Positions 13,701 to 25,496 are shown, numbered from the stretch's first letter. The stretch is DNA of 64,000 bases from Escherichia coli (GCF_024223415.1 NZ_CP100503.1); one strand, 5' to 3'. Translations and numbers: made by a program. The notes: generated by a model not told the origin, from the letters alone.

Positions 13701-13877
13701 CGCCAACTGTGATTTTACCGAAATAAATTCATAGCCCTGATTCCGCAGGTCCTGAATCAGTTCCCGTTCCAGGTCCGATTCGCTCTGGTAGCTGTCGCCT
13801 GTTTGCTCAGCTTTGATGTACTTATCAAGGACGATAAAGTTATTGGATTCAGCAATGGTGTGTATCTGATGAGTCAT
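10761..13877 (-). CDS. hsdR: Type I restriction enzyme R subunit, type IC (EcoR124 family), 1038 aa
   Basis: Near-identical in length and sequence to EcoR124I HsdR as I remember it ([23 protein letters not shown]...). Shows TTGSGKT Walker A and a DECH box ([10 protein letters not shown]). Confidence 0.95.
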
Positions 13878-13998
13878 AGCGCATCCTTTGTCCCGCCTGG
13901 CAAGGGCCGGAAGGGCGTTAAGAGTGACTTCCGGCGCGTAAAAAATAGTCTATATACAGACCGGGTGTTAAGGTGGCCCGGTCGGTAGCAATGGTCAA

Positions 13999-15233
<1,235 letters not shown>

Positions 15234-15237
<4 letters not shown>

Positions 15238-16796
15238 TTCTGCACCTCGCAGCCTTCAATTTCAGCCACAATCGCATCAATATCTTTACGCAATTGGTCG
15301 ATTTTGCTGACCGTGGTTTTCAGCTCTGCATTCAACTCAGCGATATCGATAATTTCGCGAGTATCTTTCGCTTCCACATAGCTGCTCACCGACAGGTTAT
15401 AGTCATTAGCTACAACGGTCTCAAACGCGACAGATTTTGCCAGATGAGCAACATCTTCCTTGCTGGTGAATACCTGCATAATTTGTTCGATATGGGCATC
15501 GGTCAGGATATTGTTGTTGGTCTCTTTTTTGAACAGTTCGCTGGCATCAATAAACTGAACGTTGGTATCCGTTTTATGTTTGGACAGAACCAGAATGTTT
15601 ACGGCAATGGTGGTGCCAAAGAACAGGTTCGGTGCCAGTGAAATCACGGTTTCGACATAGTTATTGTCAACCAGATACTGACGGATTTTCTGCTCCGCGC
15701 CGCCACGGTAAAAAATGCCCGGGAAGCAGACAATCGCAGCACGACCTTTGGCAGAAAGATAGTTCAGCGCATGTAATACAAACGCAAAGTCAGCTTTGGA
15801 TTTGGGGGCCAGAACGCCAGCCGGGGCAAAACGCTCATCGTTAATCAGCGTCGGGTCATCGCTGCCAATCCATTTCACCGAATACGGCGGGTTAGAAACG
15901 ATGGCATCAAACGGTTTTTCATCTCTGAAGTGCGGTTCAGTCAGCGTATTGCCCAGCTTGATATCAAACTTGTCGTAGTTGATGTTGTGCAAAAACATGT
16001 TCATACGTGCCAGGTTATAGGTCGTATGGTTGATTTCCTGTCCGAAAAAGCCTTCTTCAATGATATGGTTATCAAACTGCTTTTTAGCCTGCAACAACAG
16101 CGAACCGGAACCTGCTGCCGGGTCGTAGATTTTGTTAACGTGGGTCTGCCCGTGCATAGCCAGTTGTGCAATCAGCTTAGAGACGTGCTGTGGTGTAAAG
16201 AACTCGCCGCCTGACTTACCGGCATTCGCGGCATAGTTAGAAATCAGAAACTCATAGGCATCGCCAAACAGGTCAATCTGATGTTCGTTAAAGTCGCCAA
16301 GCTTTAATCCTTCAACCCCTTTCAGAACCGCAGCCAGGCGGGCATTTTTATCCTTAACGGTGTTACCCAGGCGGTTACTGGTGGTATCGAAATCAGCAAA
16401 CAAACCTTTGATGTCTGCTTCTGAAGGATAACCGTAAGCAGAACTTTCGATAGCAACGAAGATGCTGTTTAAATCTGCATTCAGTCTGTCATTAGTATTT
16501 GCTTTCGCAGCTACGTTGCAGAAAAGCTGACTTGGGTAGATGAAGTAGCCTTTGGTTTTGATGGCATCGTCTTTAATGTCATCAGTAATTACGCTGTCAT
16601 CCAGTTTCGCATAACAGATACTGTCATCACCGGCTTCAATATAGCTGGAAAAATTTTCGCTGATAAAACGGTAGAAAAGTGCGCCCAGAACGTATTGCTT
16701 AAAATCCCATCCATCGACCGAACCCCTGACATCGTTAGCAATTTGCCAGATTTGACGATGAAGCTCTGCGCGTTGTTGAATACTTGTCATTTTCAT
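15234..16796 (-). CDS. hsdM: Type IC N6-adenine methyltransferase subunit HsdM, 520 aa
   Basis: HsdM N-terminal domain is present ([14 protein letters not shown]). AdoMet motif [10 protein letters not shown] and catalytic NPPY (VSNPPYS) are seen. Confidence 0.95.
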
Positions 16797-16938
16797 CCAC
16801 TTATTTCAGGCTTATGTAATTGGCGGTGATTCTACAGCAACTTGGATGCTTTAGCAGTTCGGACATTAGGCTACGAATGATCTGCCTAGAGGTTTGTTAA
16901 GCCGCAAAGTGCTGGTGCTTTATGCCTGTGAAGTTTAT

Positions 16939-16968
16939 AATTGTGTACACATAACGAGTACATGAGGT
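16939..16968 (+). promoter_or_regulatory. Probable phd-doc promoter/operator region
   Basis: Palindrome tgtgtacaca (16942-16951) and the related gagtacat lie just upstream of the phd ATG. phd-doc is known to be autoregulated at palindromic sites. Exact site limits are not verified. Confidence 0.35.
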
Positions 16969-16972
16969 ATTT

Positions 16973-17194
16973 ATGCAATCCATTAACTTCCGTACCGCGC
17001 GCGGCAACCTTTCTGAAGTGCTCAACAATGTTGAGGCCGGGGAAGAGGTTGAAATCACCCGCAGAGGCCGTGAGCCAGCAGTAATTGTCAGCAAGGCTAC
17101 TTTCGAAGCCTACAAAAAAGCGGCGCTGGATGCTGAATTTGCATCCCTGTTTGACACCCTGGACTCCACCAACAAGGAACTGGTTAACCGATAA
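16973..17194 (+). CDS. phd: Phd antitoxin (prevent host death), 73 aa
   Basis: [73 protein letters not shown] matches P1 Phd from memory. ATGA overlap with doc. Confidence 0.95.
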   Translation: MQSINFRTARGNLSEVLNNVEAGEEVEITRRGREPAVIVSKATFEAYKKAALDAEFASLFDTLDSTNKELVNR

Positions 17195-17574
17195 TGAGGC
17201 ATATATCACCGGAAGAACTTATTGCGCTTCATGATGCGAATATAAACCGCTACGGCGGCCTGCCGGGAATGTCAGATCCGGGTAGGGCAGAGGCCATTAT
17301 CGGGAGAGTTCAGGCCAGAGTTGCCTACGAAGAGATCACCGACCTTTTCGAAGTCTCCGCCACCTACCTGGTGGCTACAGCGAGAGGGCATATATTCAAT
17401 GATGCCAATAAGCGTACCGCGCTAAACAGCGCGCTGCTATTTCTACGCCGTAACGGGGTGCAGGTATTTGATTCACCTGAACTGGCAGACCTTACTGTAG
17501 GCGCTGCGACTGGCGAGATATCTGTATCTTCTGTCGCCGACACGTTACGTAGATTGTATGGTTCTGCGGAGTAG
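17194..17574 (+). CDS. doc: Doc toxin (Fic-fold kinase), 126 aa
   Basis: Matches P1 Doc from memory, including the Fic-like motif [11 protein letters not shown]. Confidence 0.95.
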   Translation: MRHISPEELIALHDANINRYGGLPGMSDPGRAEAIIGRVQARVAYEEITDLFEVSATYLVATARGHIFNDANKRTALNSALLFLRRNGVQVFDSPELADLTVGAATGEISVSSVADTLRRLYGSAE

Positions 17575-17578
17575 ATTA

Positions 17579-17758
17579 ATGGCACGCAAATACAACAAAT
17601 TGTCCCGTGAAGCGTTAAAGATGCTTCTTGATGGCGTGAGTCGCCGCGAGGTAAAGCAATACCTGGCTGGTAAGCAAATTGGTGCCAGGACCGCTATTGC
17701 TGTGTTATGCCGTCAGGAAATGGTTGTGCTTAAACAGAGAATGCCGGGCAGCAGATAA
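17579..17758 (+). CDS. pdcA: Small protein in the P1 pdcA position
   Basis: ORF immediately after doc (track start 17558; I prefer ATG 17579, MARKYNKLSREALK...). The name is by synteny only. Confidence 0.45.
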   Translation: MARKYNKLSREALKMLLDGVSRREVKQYLAGKQIGARTAIAVLCRQEMVVLKQRMPGSR

Positions 17759-17785
17759 AGCCCAATCAGTGATGAAAGGTGTGAT

Positions 17786-18829
17786 GTGAAAGCCGTAATT
17801 ACTCCCTTTGTACAAAAAGAGCTTGGCGTCGCCACATTCAAAGTGGATCAGGAAGTCAGAAAGCTGGTGGAGGCTGGCCGTAAATTTATTATGGAGCCGG
17901 TGCCGCGTGAGTTAATCGAGCACATGGACGACGGCCTCGTTGTTTCCGAGCAAACTATGGCAACAAATGAGGCGTTGCAGCCGTTTTTTAACAGCGATGA
18001 ACTGTTTCGCCGTATTGGTGGAATTGACTCGCTGGTGGCGTGGTTGCGCAGGAAAGAGGGGCAATGCCAGGCCGCAGATCGTAGCTGGTGTGACAACCAT
18101 ATTGTCCACGCTGAACGAGACAATAGCGCGGTGTTGTTGTGCTGGCATCACGATAACCATTACCGGATGCGTGGTTTTAATGAGCTGAAAGAAACGCTGC
18201 ACAATAATCGCGTTAACTGGATACTGGATGTCGCCCGTCAGGAAATGGGGCTTTCAGATGGCCATGATTTAAGTATTCAGGAACTGTGCTGGTGGGCTTT
18301 CATGCGCAACATGATGCACCTGATGCCGGAAGAAGTTTGCCGTATATCAATAAATAAGATGAAAGCCGCAACGCAGGATAGCGGACCTCTGAAAGAGGCG
18401 GATATTCGCCCGTATGACGATCGCGCTACAGCATATGTTCAGATGATGGAAGAACGCGCCGCGCCGATGCGTGCAAAAGTATGCCCTGTGGATGTTGACT
18501 CCGACCCTGGCATGGCGCATTTCAAAATACCAAAACTTCAATCGCTAAAATTGCCCGAGTACATGGACTTTGTGGCTTCCCGTCCATGCTGTGGCTGTGG
18601 AGCTGCGGGAGCTGGCGCTCACATTACGCCTTATATCGTTCGTCATAGTCGATTATGCGCGCATGACATTTATGCTATTCCTCTGTGCCAGTCATGCCAG
18701 CGTGATATTGAGCGTGACCGCGATAATTGGGAGAAGACGCACGGTAGGCTGGCGATGCATCAACGATTGTTCTTTGATTACGCGCTTGGAGTCGGCGCTA
18801 TCACAAGTCATTCGTCGAGCGTTAGATAA
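17786..18829 (+). CDS. pdcB: Cys/His-rich protein in the P1 pdcB position, 347 aa (GTG start)
   Basis: Long ORF between doc and lpa with several CxxC/CxH clusters (CCGCGAAGAG..., PLCQSCQRD). The name is by synteny. Confidence 0.55.
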   Translation: MKAVITPFVQKELGVATFKVDQEVRKLVEAGRKFIMEPVPRELIEHMDDGLVVSEQTMATNEALQPFFNSDELFRRIGGIDSLVAWLRRKEGQCQAADRSWCDNHIVHAERDNSAVLLCWHHDNHYRMRGFNELKETLHNNRVNWILDVARQEMGLSDGHDLSIQELCWWAFMRNMMHLMPEEVCRISINKMKAATQDSGPLKEADIRPYDDRATAYVQMMEERAAPMRAKVCPVDVDSDPGMAHFKIPKLQSLKLPEYMDFVASRPCCGCGAAGAGAHITPYIVRHSRLCAHDIYAIPLCQSCQRDIERDRDNWEKTHGRLAMHQRLFFDYALGVGAITSHSSSVR

Positions 18830-18830
18830 A

Positions 18831-18847
18831 ATTGCTCTAATGTATTG
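18831..18847 (+). promoter_or_regulatory. C1 operator upstream of lpa
   Basis: attgctctaatgtattg, 14/17. C1 control of lpa is established for P1. Confidence 0.65.
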
Positions 18848-18917
18848 CTATTTCTTTAATCGAGGGTATTATATCCCACGTTGATTAGTTGACATGGGCT
18901 AATCAGTAGGTGACAGG

Positions 18918-19370
18918 ATGTTACTTAACTGGCAGGGACGCCACTTCATGGAAATAAATCACTCACGAATAACATCGTATGAGATTGCGGATTACATGAT
19001 CCGCACTAAATCTCTTCTATCAGCGAAAGAACTCGCAGCAATCCTTGAAAAGGAATACCCGCATCTGGATGTCGATAAGCGCGATGTTTATCTGCGCTTA
19101 AAGGCTATCGCTGTGTCTAAGTATTCGTCTGTTTTGATTGATGACAGTACACGCCCACGTAGATTTCAGATCCACTCTCTGAATCCTGAATTCTTTCGCC
19201 GCAGCCGCGCGCCGCGCCGGTTTGATGAAAAACTCCAGAACGAACTCTATATGACGCAGGACGAAAAGGAACGCCGGGAGCACCAGCCTTGGGTAATGGC
19301 GCGTCAACTTTTCAATAAGGTGGCCCGTCAGCACCGTCATTACGGTAATGCCACATCCGCACGTATGTGA
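18918..19370 (+). CDS. lpa: Late promoter activator Lpa (gp10)
   Basis: The size (~140-150 aa), the position between pdcB and pacA, and the upstream Op all fit P1 lpa. The start may be 18918 or 18948. Confidence 0.7.
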   Translation: MLLNWQGRHFMEINHSRITSYEIADYMIRTKSLLSAKELAAILEKEYPHLDVDKRDVYLRLKAIAVSKYSSVLIDDSTRPRRFQIHSLNPEFFRRSRAPRRFDEKLQNELYMTQDEKERREHQPWVMARQLFNKVARQHRHYGNATSARM

Positions 19371-19455
19371 TTGATTGCTTGCCCGTTCCGGGCCTTTTGA
19401 CATGTGACTTTCGTTACCCTCGCGTCAAAAAGAGTTTTTACGAAAGGAAGCATAA

Positions 19456-20649
19456 GTGACCTGGGACGATCACAAGAAGAATTTTGCTCGCCTGGCGCGA
19501 GATGGTGGTTACACCATCGCACAGTATGCCGCCGAGTTTAATCTTAACCCTAATACTGCACGTCGTTATCTCCGTGCCTTCAAAGAAGACACCAGGACAG
19601 CGGACAGCCGCAAGCCAAATAAGCCAGTCAGGAAGCCACTAAAAAGCATGATCATTGATCACTCTAATGATCAACATGCAGGTGATCACATTGCGGCTGA
19701 AATAGCGGAAAAACAAAGGGTTAATGCCGTTGTCAGTGCCGCAGTCGAGAACGCGAAGCGCCAGAATAAGCGCATAAATGATCGTTCTGATGATCATGAC
19801 GTGATCACCCGCGCCCACCGGACCTTACGTGATCGCCTGGAACGCGACACCCTGGATGATGATGGTGAACGCTTTGAATTCGAAGCTGGCGATTACCTGA
19901 TAGATAACGTTGAAGCGCGGAAGGCCGCTCGCGCTATGTTGCGTCGGTCCGGGGCTGATGTTCTGGAAACCACTCTTCTGGAAAAGTCTCTCTCTCATCT
20001 CCTTATGCTGGAGAACGCCAGGGATACGTGTATTCGCCTGGTGCAGGAAATGCGCGATCAGCAAAAAGACGATGATGAAGGGACTCCGCCTGAATATCGT
20101 ATCGCGAGCATGCTAAACAGCTGTTCCGCGCAGATAAGCAGCCTGATCAACACCATTTACAGCATCCGGAATAACTATCGAAAAGAAAGCCGGGAGGCGG
20201 AAAAGCACGCTTTATCTATGGGGCAAGCTGGCATTGTTAAGCTGGCATACGAACGAAAGCGTGAAAATAACTGGTCAGTGCTGGAAGCAGCTGAATTCAT
20301 CGAGGCGCATGGCGGAAAAGTGCCGCCCCTGATGCTGGAGCAAATCAAAGCCGATCTGCGTGCTCCTAAGACCAATACCGATGATGAGGAAAACCAAACA
20401 GCATCTGGCGCTCCATCACTTGAAGATCTGGATAAAATCGCGCGAGAACGGGCCGCCAGCCGCCGCGCTGATGCCGCATTGTGGATTGAGCATCGTAGAG
20501 AAGAAATTGCCGATATCGTCGATACAGGTGGTTATGGTGATGTCGATGCGGAAGGCATATCAAACGAAGCATGGCTTGAACAGGATCTGGACGAAGACGA
20601 GGAGGAAGACGAAGAAGTTACCCGCAAACTGTACGGGGATGATGATTAA
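19456..20649 (+). CDS. pacA: Terminase (pacase) subunit PacA, 397 aa, GTG start
   Basis: Contains the pac site internally. It has the acidic C-terminus (DEDEEEDEE) and ATGA-type overlap with pacB. Length and organisation are as in P1. Confidence 0.9.
   Translation: MTWDDHKKNFARLARDGGYTIAQYAAEFNLNPNTARRYLRAFKEDTRTADSRKPNKPVRKPLKSMIIDHSNDQHAGDHIAAEIAEKQRVNAVVSAAVENAKRQNKRINDRSDDHDVITRAHRTLRDRLERDTLDDDGERFEFEAGDYLIDNVEARKAARAMLRRSGADVLETTLLEKSLSHLLMLENARDTCIRLVQEMRDQQKDDDEGTPPEYRIASMLNSCSAQISSLINTIYSIRNNYRKESREAEKHALSMGQAGIVKLAYERKRENNWSVLEAAEFIEAHGGKVPPLMLEQIKADLRAPKTNTDDEENQTASGAPSLEDLDKIARERAASRRADAALWIEHRREEIADIVDTGGYGDVDAEGISNEAWLEQDLDEDEEEDEEVTRKLYGDDD
19649..19807 (+). other. pac: pac packaging site: 4 + 3 TGATCA/G hexamers
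   Basis: TGATCA occurs at 19649, 19656, 19668 and 19683. TGATCG occurs at 19779, and TGATCA at 19791 and 19802. This is the Dam-methylatable 4+3 arrangement described for P1 pac. Confidence 0.9.
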
Positions 20650-22133
20650 TGGCCAGAAGTTGCGTAACGGACCCACGTTGGCGCGAGCTTGTGGCGCTAT
20701 ATCGTTATGACTGGATTGCGGCCGCTGATGTGTTGTTTGGGAAGACACCAACCTGGCAGCAGGATGAGATCATTGAGTCCACGCAGCAGGACGGCAGTTG
20801 GACAAGTGTGACCTCCGGCCATGGTACTGGTAAGTCGGATATGACGAGTATCATTGCAATACTCTTCATCATGTTTTTCCCCGGCGCTCGCGTTATTCTG
20901 GTCGCTAACAAAAGACAGCAAGTCCTTGATGGTATTTTCAAATACATAAAGAGCAATTGGGCTACTGCTGTTAGCAGATTCCCGTGGTTGTCGAAGTATT
21001 TCATTCTTACAGAAACGTCTTTTTTTGAGGTGACTGGCAAGGGTGTTTGGACAATATTGATAAAGTCCTGTCGCCCCGGGAATGAGGAGGCGTTGGCTGG
21101 TGAACACGCCGATCATCTCTTGTATATCATCGACGAAGCGTCGGGTGTGAGTGATAAAGCATTCAGTGTGATAACAGGTGCGCTGACCGGTAAGGATAAC
21201 CGTATTCTGCTTCTTTCCCAGCCTACGCGACCTTCAGGCTATTTCTACGATTCACACCACAGACTAGCTATTCGCCCGGGAAATCCTGATGGATTGTTTA
21301 CTGCGATAATACTGAATAGTGAAGAATCTCCGCTTGTAGATGCAAAATTTATACGAGCAAAACTTGCGGAGTATGGCGGTCGTGATAACCCCATGTACAT
21401 GATCAAAGTACGTGGTGAATTTCCCAAATCTCAAGATGGCTTTCTTCTTGGTCGTGATGAGGTTGAGCGGGCGACGCGGCGAAAGGTCAAGATTGCCAAA
21501 GGATGGGGCTGGGTTGCATGTGTTGACGTTGCTGGTGGCACAGGACGAGATAAGTCCGTTATTAATATCATGATGGTGTCCGGCCAGCGAAATAAACGCC
21601 GTGTAATCAACTATCGTATGCTGGAATACACAGACGTTACAGAAACGCAGTTAGCCGCCAAGATTTTCGCAGAATGTAACCCAGAACGGTTCCCGAACAT
21701 AACCATAGCTATTGATGGCGATGGCTTGGGGAAATCGACGGCTGATCTAATGTACGAACGCTATGGCATTACCGTCCAGCGTATCCGCTGGGGTAAAAAG
21801 ATGCACAGCCGTGAAGATAAGAGCCTGTACTTTGATAAGCGTGCTTATGCCAACGTTCAAGCCGCAGAGGCCGTAAAATCTGGTCGTATGAGACTGGATA
21901 AGGGTAATGAAACTATTGAGGAAGCGTCGAAAATCCCTGTAGGGATTAACTCCGCAGGTCAATGGAAGGTGATGAGTAAGGAGGATATGAAGAAAAAACT
22001 CAACCTGCACTCACCAGACCATTGGGATACATATTGTTTCGCTATGCTGGCTGATTATGTTCCCCAGGATGAAGTGCTTAGCGTCGAAGACGAAGCGCAG
22101 GTTGATGAAGCTCTTGCATGGCTTAACGAATAA
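20649..22133 (+). CDS. pacB: Terminase large subunit PacB, 494 aa
   Basis: Walker A-like SGHGTGKS and Walker B-like [10 protein letters not shown] are present. Position is as in P1. Confidence 0.9.
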   Translation: MARSCVTDPRWRELVALYRYDWIAAADVLFGKTPTWQQDEIIESTQQDGSWTSVTSGHGTGKSDMTSIIAILFIMFFPGARVILVANKRQQVLDGIFKYIKSNWATAVSRFPWLSKYFILTETSFFEVTGKGVWTILIKSCRPGNEEALAGEHADHLLYIIDEASGVSDKAFSVITGALTGKDNRILLLSQPTRPSGYFYDSHHRLAIRPGNPDGLFTAIILNSEESPLVDAKFIRAKLAEYGGRDNPMYMIKVRGEFPKSQDGFLLGRDEVERATRRKVKIAKGWGWVACVDVAGGTGRDKSVINIMMVSGQRNKRRVINYRMLEYTDVTETQLAAKIFAECNPERFPNITIAIDGDGLGKSTADLMYERYGITVQRIRWGKKMHSREDKSLYFDKRAYANVQAAEAVKSGRMRLDKGNETIEEASKIPVGINSAGQWKVMSKEDMKKKLNLHSPDHWDTYCFAMLADYVPQDEVLSVEDEAQVDEALAWLNE

Positions 22134-22136
22134 ATA

Positions 22137-22153
22137 TTTGCTCTAATAAATTG
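22137..22153 (+). promoter_or_regulatory. C1 operator at the head of immI-like module a
   Basis: tttgctctaataaattg, 15/17. It starts 4 nt after the pacB stop. Confidence 0.65.
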
Positions 22154-22334
22154 TGTTTTTTGACTGCCGATGTTACATTGAACCTGACCTCTTGCGCCTT
22201 GAGGCTTTTTCGGTTTATGCTTATCAGGCACCTCATTAAAACGGGTGCCGGGATTGGCCTCCCGCTTAAGTCTAAGGCGATACAGACGCCGCTCGCGTCT
22301 TTTTTGTATCGGCGTACACGCACACCTCTACAAT

Positions 22335-22410
22335 GGTGGGCTGTATGGGGCTACCTTCGGGTAGGCTGGTTACCTTGGACGCCAGTAAGGCCAACTCCGT
22401 ACAGTCCACC
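22335..22410 (+). ncRNA. c4: c4-type antisense repressor RNA, specificity variant a (76 nt)
   Basis: ggtgggctgtatggggctaccttcgggtaggctggttaccttggacgccagtaaggccaactccgtacagtccacc has the same scaffold as the two other c4 copies (GGUGGG...CCACC closing stem, UUCG hairpin). The loop sequences are complementary to flanking sites at 22254, 22271, 22421 and 22453. Confidence 0.7.
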
Positions 22411-22470
22411 GCCAGCAAGATTGGTCTCTTCTGCGGTGGTTACATACCAACGTCTAAGGAGGCTGCCAAT

Positions 22471-22692
22471 ATGGCTACTATCCCTACCCCAACTCATCCT
22501 GAATTTATCTGGCGCTTTTACTCCTGCCAAAAACGTCACTATCACTTCGTTATTGCACCAACAGAAGATGAGGCCCGCTCTCAGCTTCCTGACGCCCCAT
22601 GTATTTTCTCTGCCCGTTTTTCCACTGATTCACGCAATTCTCTCAGTTACTGGTGCCTCCCTGTTAACGCTTCTGCTCAGGAGGGACTATGA
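22471..22692 (+). CDS. icd: Icd-like protein, 73 aa, variant N-terminus
   Basis: MATIPTPTHPEFIWRFYSCQKRHYHFVIAPTEDEARSQLPDAPCIFSARFSTDSRNSLSYWCLPVNASAQEGL. The length is the same and the stop overlaps the ant start (ATGA), as for P1 icd-ant. Confidence 0.8.
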   Translation: MATIPTPTHPEFIWRFYSCQKRHYHFVIAPTEDEARSQLPDAPCIFSARFSTDSRNSLSYWCLPVNASAQEGL

Positions 22693-23804
22693 GAACGTCA
22701 TTAGTCACCCGTGAAGAGATGATCGAGGCAATTGAACAGCACACTGCCTGTATCAGTACCAGGGATATACCGGGCGTTATTGCCAACTACTTCATGATCA
22801 CCAAACAACTTTACCGGAGAAAGGACAAGAACGCGGTTCACCGCATTCTGCTAACCGATATCCGCGAATACCTGCTCGAACAGGGTCATCTGAATTACGC
22901 AACCGTCGCAGCCGAAACACGCAAGGAGGCACACAGAATGAAAGCAACTAACGTTAAATCAGAAAAAATTCATGCAACTTCAGTTCAGGAATCAGAGCTG
23001 GTGGTTGTTCAGAATCAGTCTGATGAAATTCCCGTTCTGGAATGGCTGGGAGTGCGTGTAGTGACAACCAAGATCCTTGCTAAGGGGTATGGGACCGATG
23101 CGGATAACATCAAGAAGAACTTTTCCCGTAATGCTGAACGTTTTTGTGAAGGCAAGCATTTCTATAAAGTTATTGGAGATGATTTGAACAATTTGCGGGT
23201 GACTTTAAGTAACTCACAAAATCCCATCTCTCCTAAAGCCCGTTCACTCATCCTCTGGACAGAACGCGGCGCTGCCCGTCACGCTAAAATGCTCGAAACC
23301 GATCAGGCATGGGCATTCTTTGAAAAACTGGAAGACAGCTACTTCCGGCAAAAAGAACAGCAACCGGTTGCAATCCCCCAAACATTACCAGAAGCCCTAC
23401 GCCTGGCTGCCGAACTGGCTGAACAAAAGCAGCTTCTGGAACAGAAAGCCCACCAGCTAAATCAGCAGCTGGTGGCCGCCGCTCCTAAGGTCGATTTTGC
23501 CGACCGGGTATCAGTAGCTAAAGGGATCCTGATTGGGAATTTTGCAAAGGTTGTTGGACTTAAGCAAAACGCGCTGTTTGCCTGGTTACGGGAGAACGGC
23601 ATCCTGATAGCGTCCGGTGGACGTAAAAATGTGCCGTTCCAGCAGTACATCAACGCGGGGTATTTCACGGTGAAAGAAGTGGTGCTGGATGATGAAGATG
23701 GCTACCAGATACGGTTGACGCCTCAATTAACGGGTAAAGGCCAGCAGTGGTTGACGCGTAAACTGCTCGATGCTGGCTTGTTAAAACCGGTGGCGGCTGA
23801 ATAA
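22689..23804 (+). CDS. ant: Antirepressor Ant, copy a (N-domain + ORF6N/Bro-like middle + KilAC/ANT C-domain), 371 aa
   Basis: The C-terminal ~130 aa (APKVDFADRVSVAKGILIGNFAKVVGLKQNALFAWLRENGIL...TGKGQQWLTRKLLDAGLL) is the phage antirepressor KilAC domain. It follows icd as in P1 immI. Confidence 0.8.
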   Translation: MRTSLVTREEMIEAIEQHTACISTRDIPGVIANYFMITKQLYRRKDKNAVHRILLTDIREYLLEQGHLNYATVAAETRKEAHRMKATNVKSEKIHATSVQESELVVVQNQSDEIPVLEWLGVRVVTTKILAKGYGTDADNIKKNFSRNAERFCEGKHFYKVIGDDLNNLRVTLSNSQNPISPKARSLILWTERGAARHAKMLETDQAWAFFEKLEDSYFRQKEQQPVAIPQTLPEALRLAAELAEQKQLLEQKAHQLNQQLVAAAPKVDFADRVSVAKGILIGNFAKVVGLKQNALFAWLRENGILIASGGRKNVPFQQYINAGYFTVKEVVLDDEDGYQIRLTPQLTGKGQQWLTRKLLDAGLLKPVAAE

Positions 23805-23811
23805 TGGAAGA

Positions 23812-23833
23812 ATGCCCGGTTGATGCCGGGCAT
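23812..23833. terminator. Hairpin between convergent ant(a) and c1
   Basis: atgcccgg-ttgatg-ccgggcat is a perfect 8-bp stem. The T-run is weak. Confidence 0.45.
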
Positions 23834-23836
23834 AAT

Positions 23837-24688
23837 TTATTGCGCGCTTTCGGGGTTGTCGTTTACTGGCTGCCCCTTCTTGGTTTTACGGCTGCGCGTA
23901 ACTGATGCGGCTGACTTAACCTTTTTCTCTTCGCGAGTGATGGCAATTTGTTTTTTTACATTTTCAATATCTGCCAGGCGATATATTTTTGCTTGCGGCC
24001 AGCGGTCGCAGATGATCGGTTCTATGGAGTCATAAAGGCTAAATTTTGCTTTTTCGAATTCACCGTTGATGATAATTCCATCACGGAGAGTTTCATCGCA
24101 GATAAACACGCCACACAGTGGCACATGGTAACTCACTGATTTACCGTTATTGTAGTTAGGACTACTGGAGATGTAGTGAACGCGCAGCATTGTTTCGCTA
24201 AAGCCGTGTACGCGCATACGGAATTTTTCATCCTCCGGGTACTGCTTCATTAGCTCTTTTGTTGCTTCCAGGTTCTCTATGTATTTCGCACTGTGCTCAT
24301 TGAACCCCGCGCTTTTTTGGATGCGAATGTCCTTATCAATCAGATGAATAATGCGGCCAGCGGTCATGTTGACGCTGTTTACAGCTTCTGTCTGATAGGT
24401 CGTAACCTTACGCACACCGCGAAGGATGTTAGGCACAGGATATAAAATAGTCTTTGGGATATTGAGGTCTGGGTACTGTTCCAGTTCCCGCGCCATTAAA
24501 GTCCATTTATCAATTTCAGCCTGAATGCTGTCAGTTTCTTTGAACGGTAGAACGACAACCGGGCGTACAGGACGACCGTCGCTGGCTGTATCAACGTGTT
24601 GGGCGCGTGCAACAGCTTTTTTTAGAAAGAGATCCCTGAAGCTGACGAACTCCTGGTACAGTTGTTCGCCGTAGACATAATTTATCAT
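23837..24688 (-). CDS. c1: C1 master repressor of lysogeny, 283 aa
   Basis: MINYVYGEQLYQEFVSFRDLFLKKAVARAQHVDTASDGRPVRPVVVLPFKETD... matches P1 C1 from memory. The length of 283 aa also matches. Confidence 0.95.
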   Translation of the reverse strand: MINYVYGEQLYQEFVSFRDLFLKKAVARAQHVDTASDGRPVRPVVVLPFKETDSIQAEIDKWTLMARELEQYPDLNIPKTILYPVPNILRGVRKVTTYQTEAVNSVNMTAGRIIHLIDKDIRIQKSAGFNEHSAKYIENLEATKELMKQYPEDEKFRMRVHGFSETMLRVHYISSSPNYNNGKSVSYHVPLCGVFICDETLRDGIIINGEFEKAKFSLYDSIEPIICDRWPQAKIYRLADIENVKKQIAITREEKKVKSAASVTRSRKTKKGQPVNDNPESAQ

Positions 24689-24782
24689 TGATCCTCCTCC
24701 AGAATTGACATGGTCAATAACGCCCGGCTGAGAAAACCGGTCATTACTGACCTATATTATAGAGGGATCAAACAAAAATAAT

Positions 24783-24799
24783 AGATTTATTAGTGCATT
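24783..24799 (-). promoter_or_regulatory. C1 operator (Op99-region variant) between c1 and coi
   Basis: Reverse complement is aatgcactaataaatct, 14/17. Confidence 0.55.
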
Positions 24800-25008
24800 T
24801 ATTGTGAGTCTAACTGGTTAGTTGCCATGAGATATTCGATTGTGTCAGTGAGGTCATCCAGGTCGTCTTGGGTGATGCGGTACTCCTGATTGGATATCTT
24901 TGAGTAGTGTTCAGCAATGGCGCGGGCAGCGTCGGTTTCGGCAGGGTCTACAGATAAAGCGTTAGAGCAATATCTAACGTCGTCGATGGTTGGTTGAATG
25001 AAAGCCAT
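24799..25008 (-). CDS. coi: Coi, C1 inactivator, 69 aa
   Basis: The size and the position immediately upstream of c1 on the same strand match P1. Confidence 0.75.
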   Translation of the reverse strand: MAFIQPTIDDVRYCSNALSVDPAETDAARAIAEHYSKISNQEYRITQDDLDDLTDTIEYLMATNQLDSQ

Positions 25009-25247
25009 AATTATGCCTCACTGTATTGACAACACAGAGCCTGAAGCTCTGACCTACTGTTTCACCCATAATCCATGCTGGGGGTAATCTAACAACATTG
25101 CGCTGTGTGTAAGATGAGCAATGCATAGCTGTAATGCCGTTGTATAAGGTTTCCCTGTTTGCTCATTTCCTTCTGAGCCGCTCTACAACGCTGAAGACAC
25201 ATTAAATAGTGAATCCAAAGTCGTATTACGTAACGGCGGCAAAACTA

Positions 25248-25264
25248 TAATTTATTAGAGCAAT
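25248..25264 (-). promoter_or_regulatory. C1 operator
   Basis: Reverse complement is attgctctaataaatta, 16/17. Confidence 0.7.
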
Positions 25265-25330
25265 TGTCAAACAACTATGAAAAACAATCCAGTTTTTGGC
25301 TGGTGGAGTGGGATTTTTCTCTCAAAATTT

Positions 25331-25347
25331 ATTGCTCTAATAGTTCT
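25331..25347 (+). promoter_or_regulatory. C1 operator
   Basis: attgctctaatagttct, 14/17. Confidence 0.55.
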
Positions 25348-25390
25348 TGATCTTTATGCGCAGCTGGACGTAAACTGCTCTTCAGACCTA

Positions 25391-25424
25391 ATAACTTCGT
25401 ATAGCAAACATTATACGAAGTTAT
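25391..25424 (+). other. loxP: lox site (loxP with a variant spacer)
   Basis: ataacttcgtata-gcaaacat-tatacgaagttat has both 13-bp arms identical to loxP. The spacer is GCAAACAT rather than the canonical GCATACAT. Confidence 0.95.
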
Positions 25425-25496
25425 CTTAAGGGTTATTGAACATGATTAATTTACCTGTAAATCCATACAGTTCAATACCTTATCAGGTCAAATAGT

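Noticed and set aside
22151-22714. 187-aa and 119-aa track ORFs (22151..22714, 22333..22692) spanning the c4(a) region
   Set aside because: They run through the c4-like RNA gene and its target sites. Only the last 73 codons of the 22333 frame (from ATG 22471, with SD AAGGAGG) correspond to icd. The other frame is the icd-overlapping shadow ORF, which also appears beside copies b and c (30825..31061, 33094..33330).
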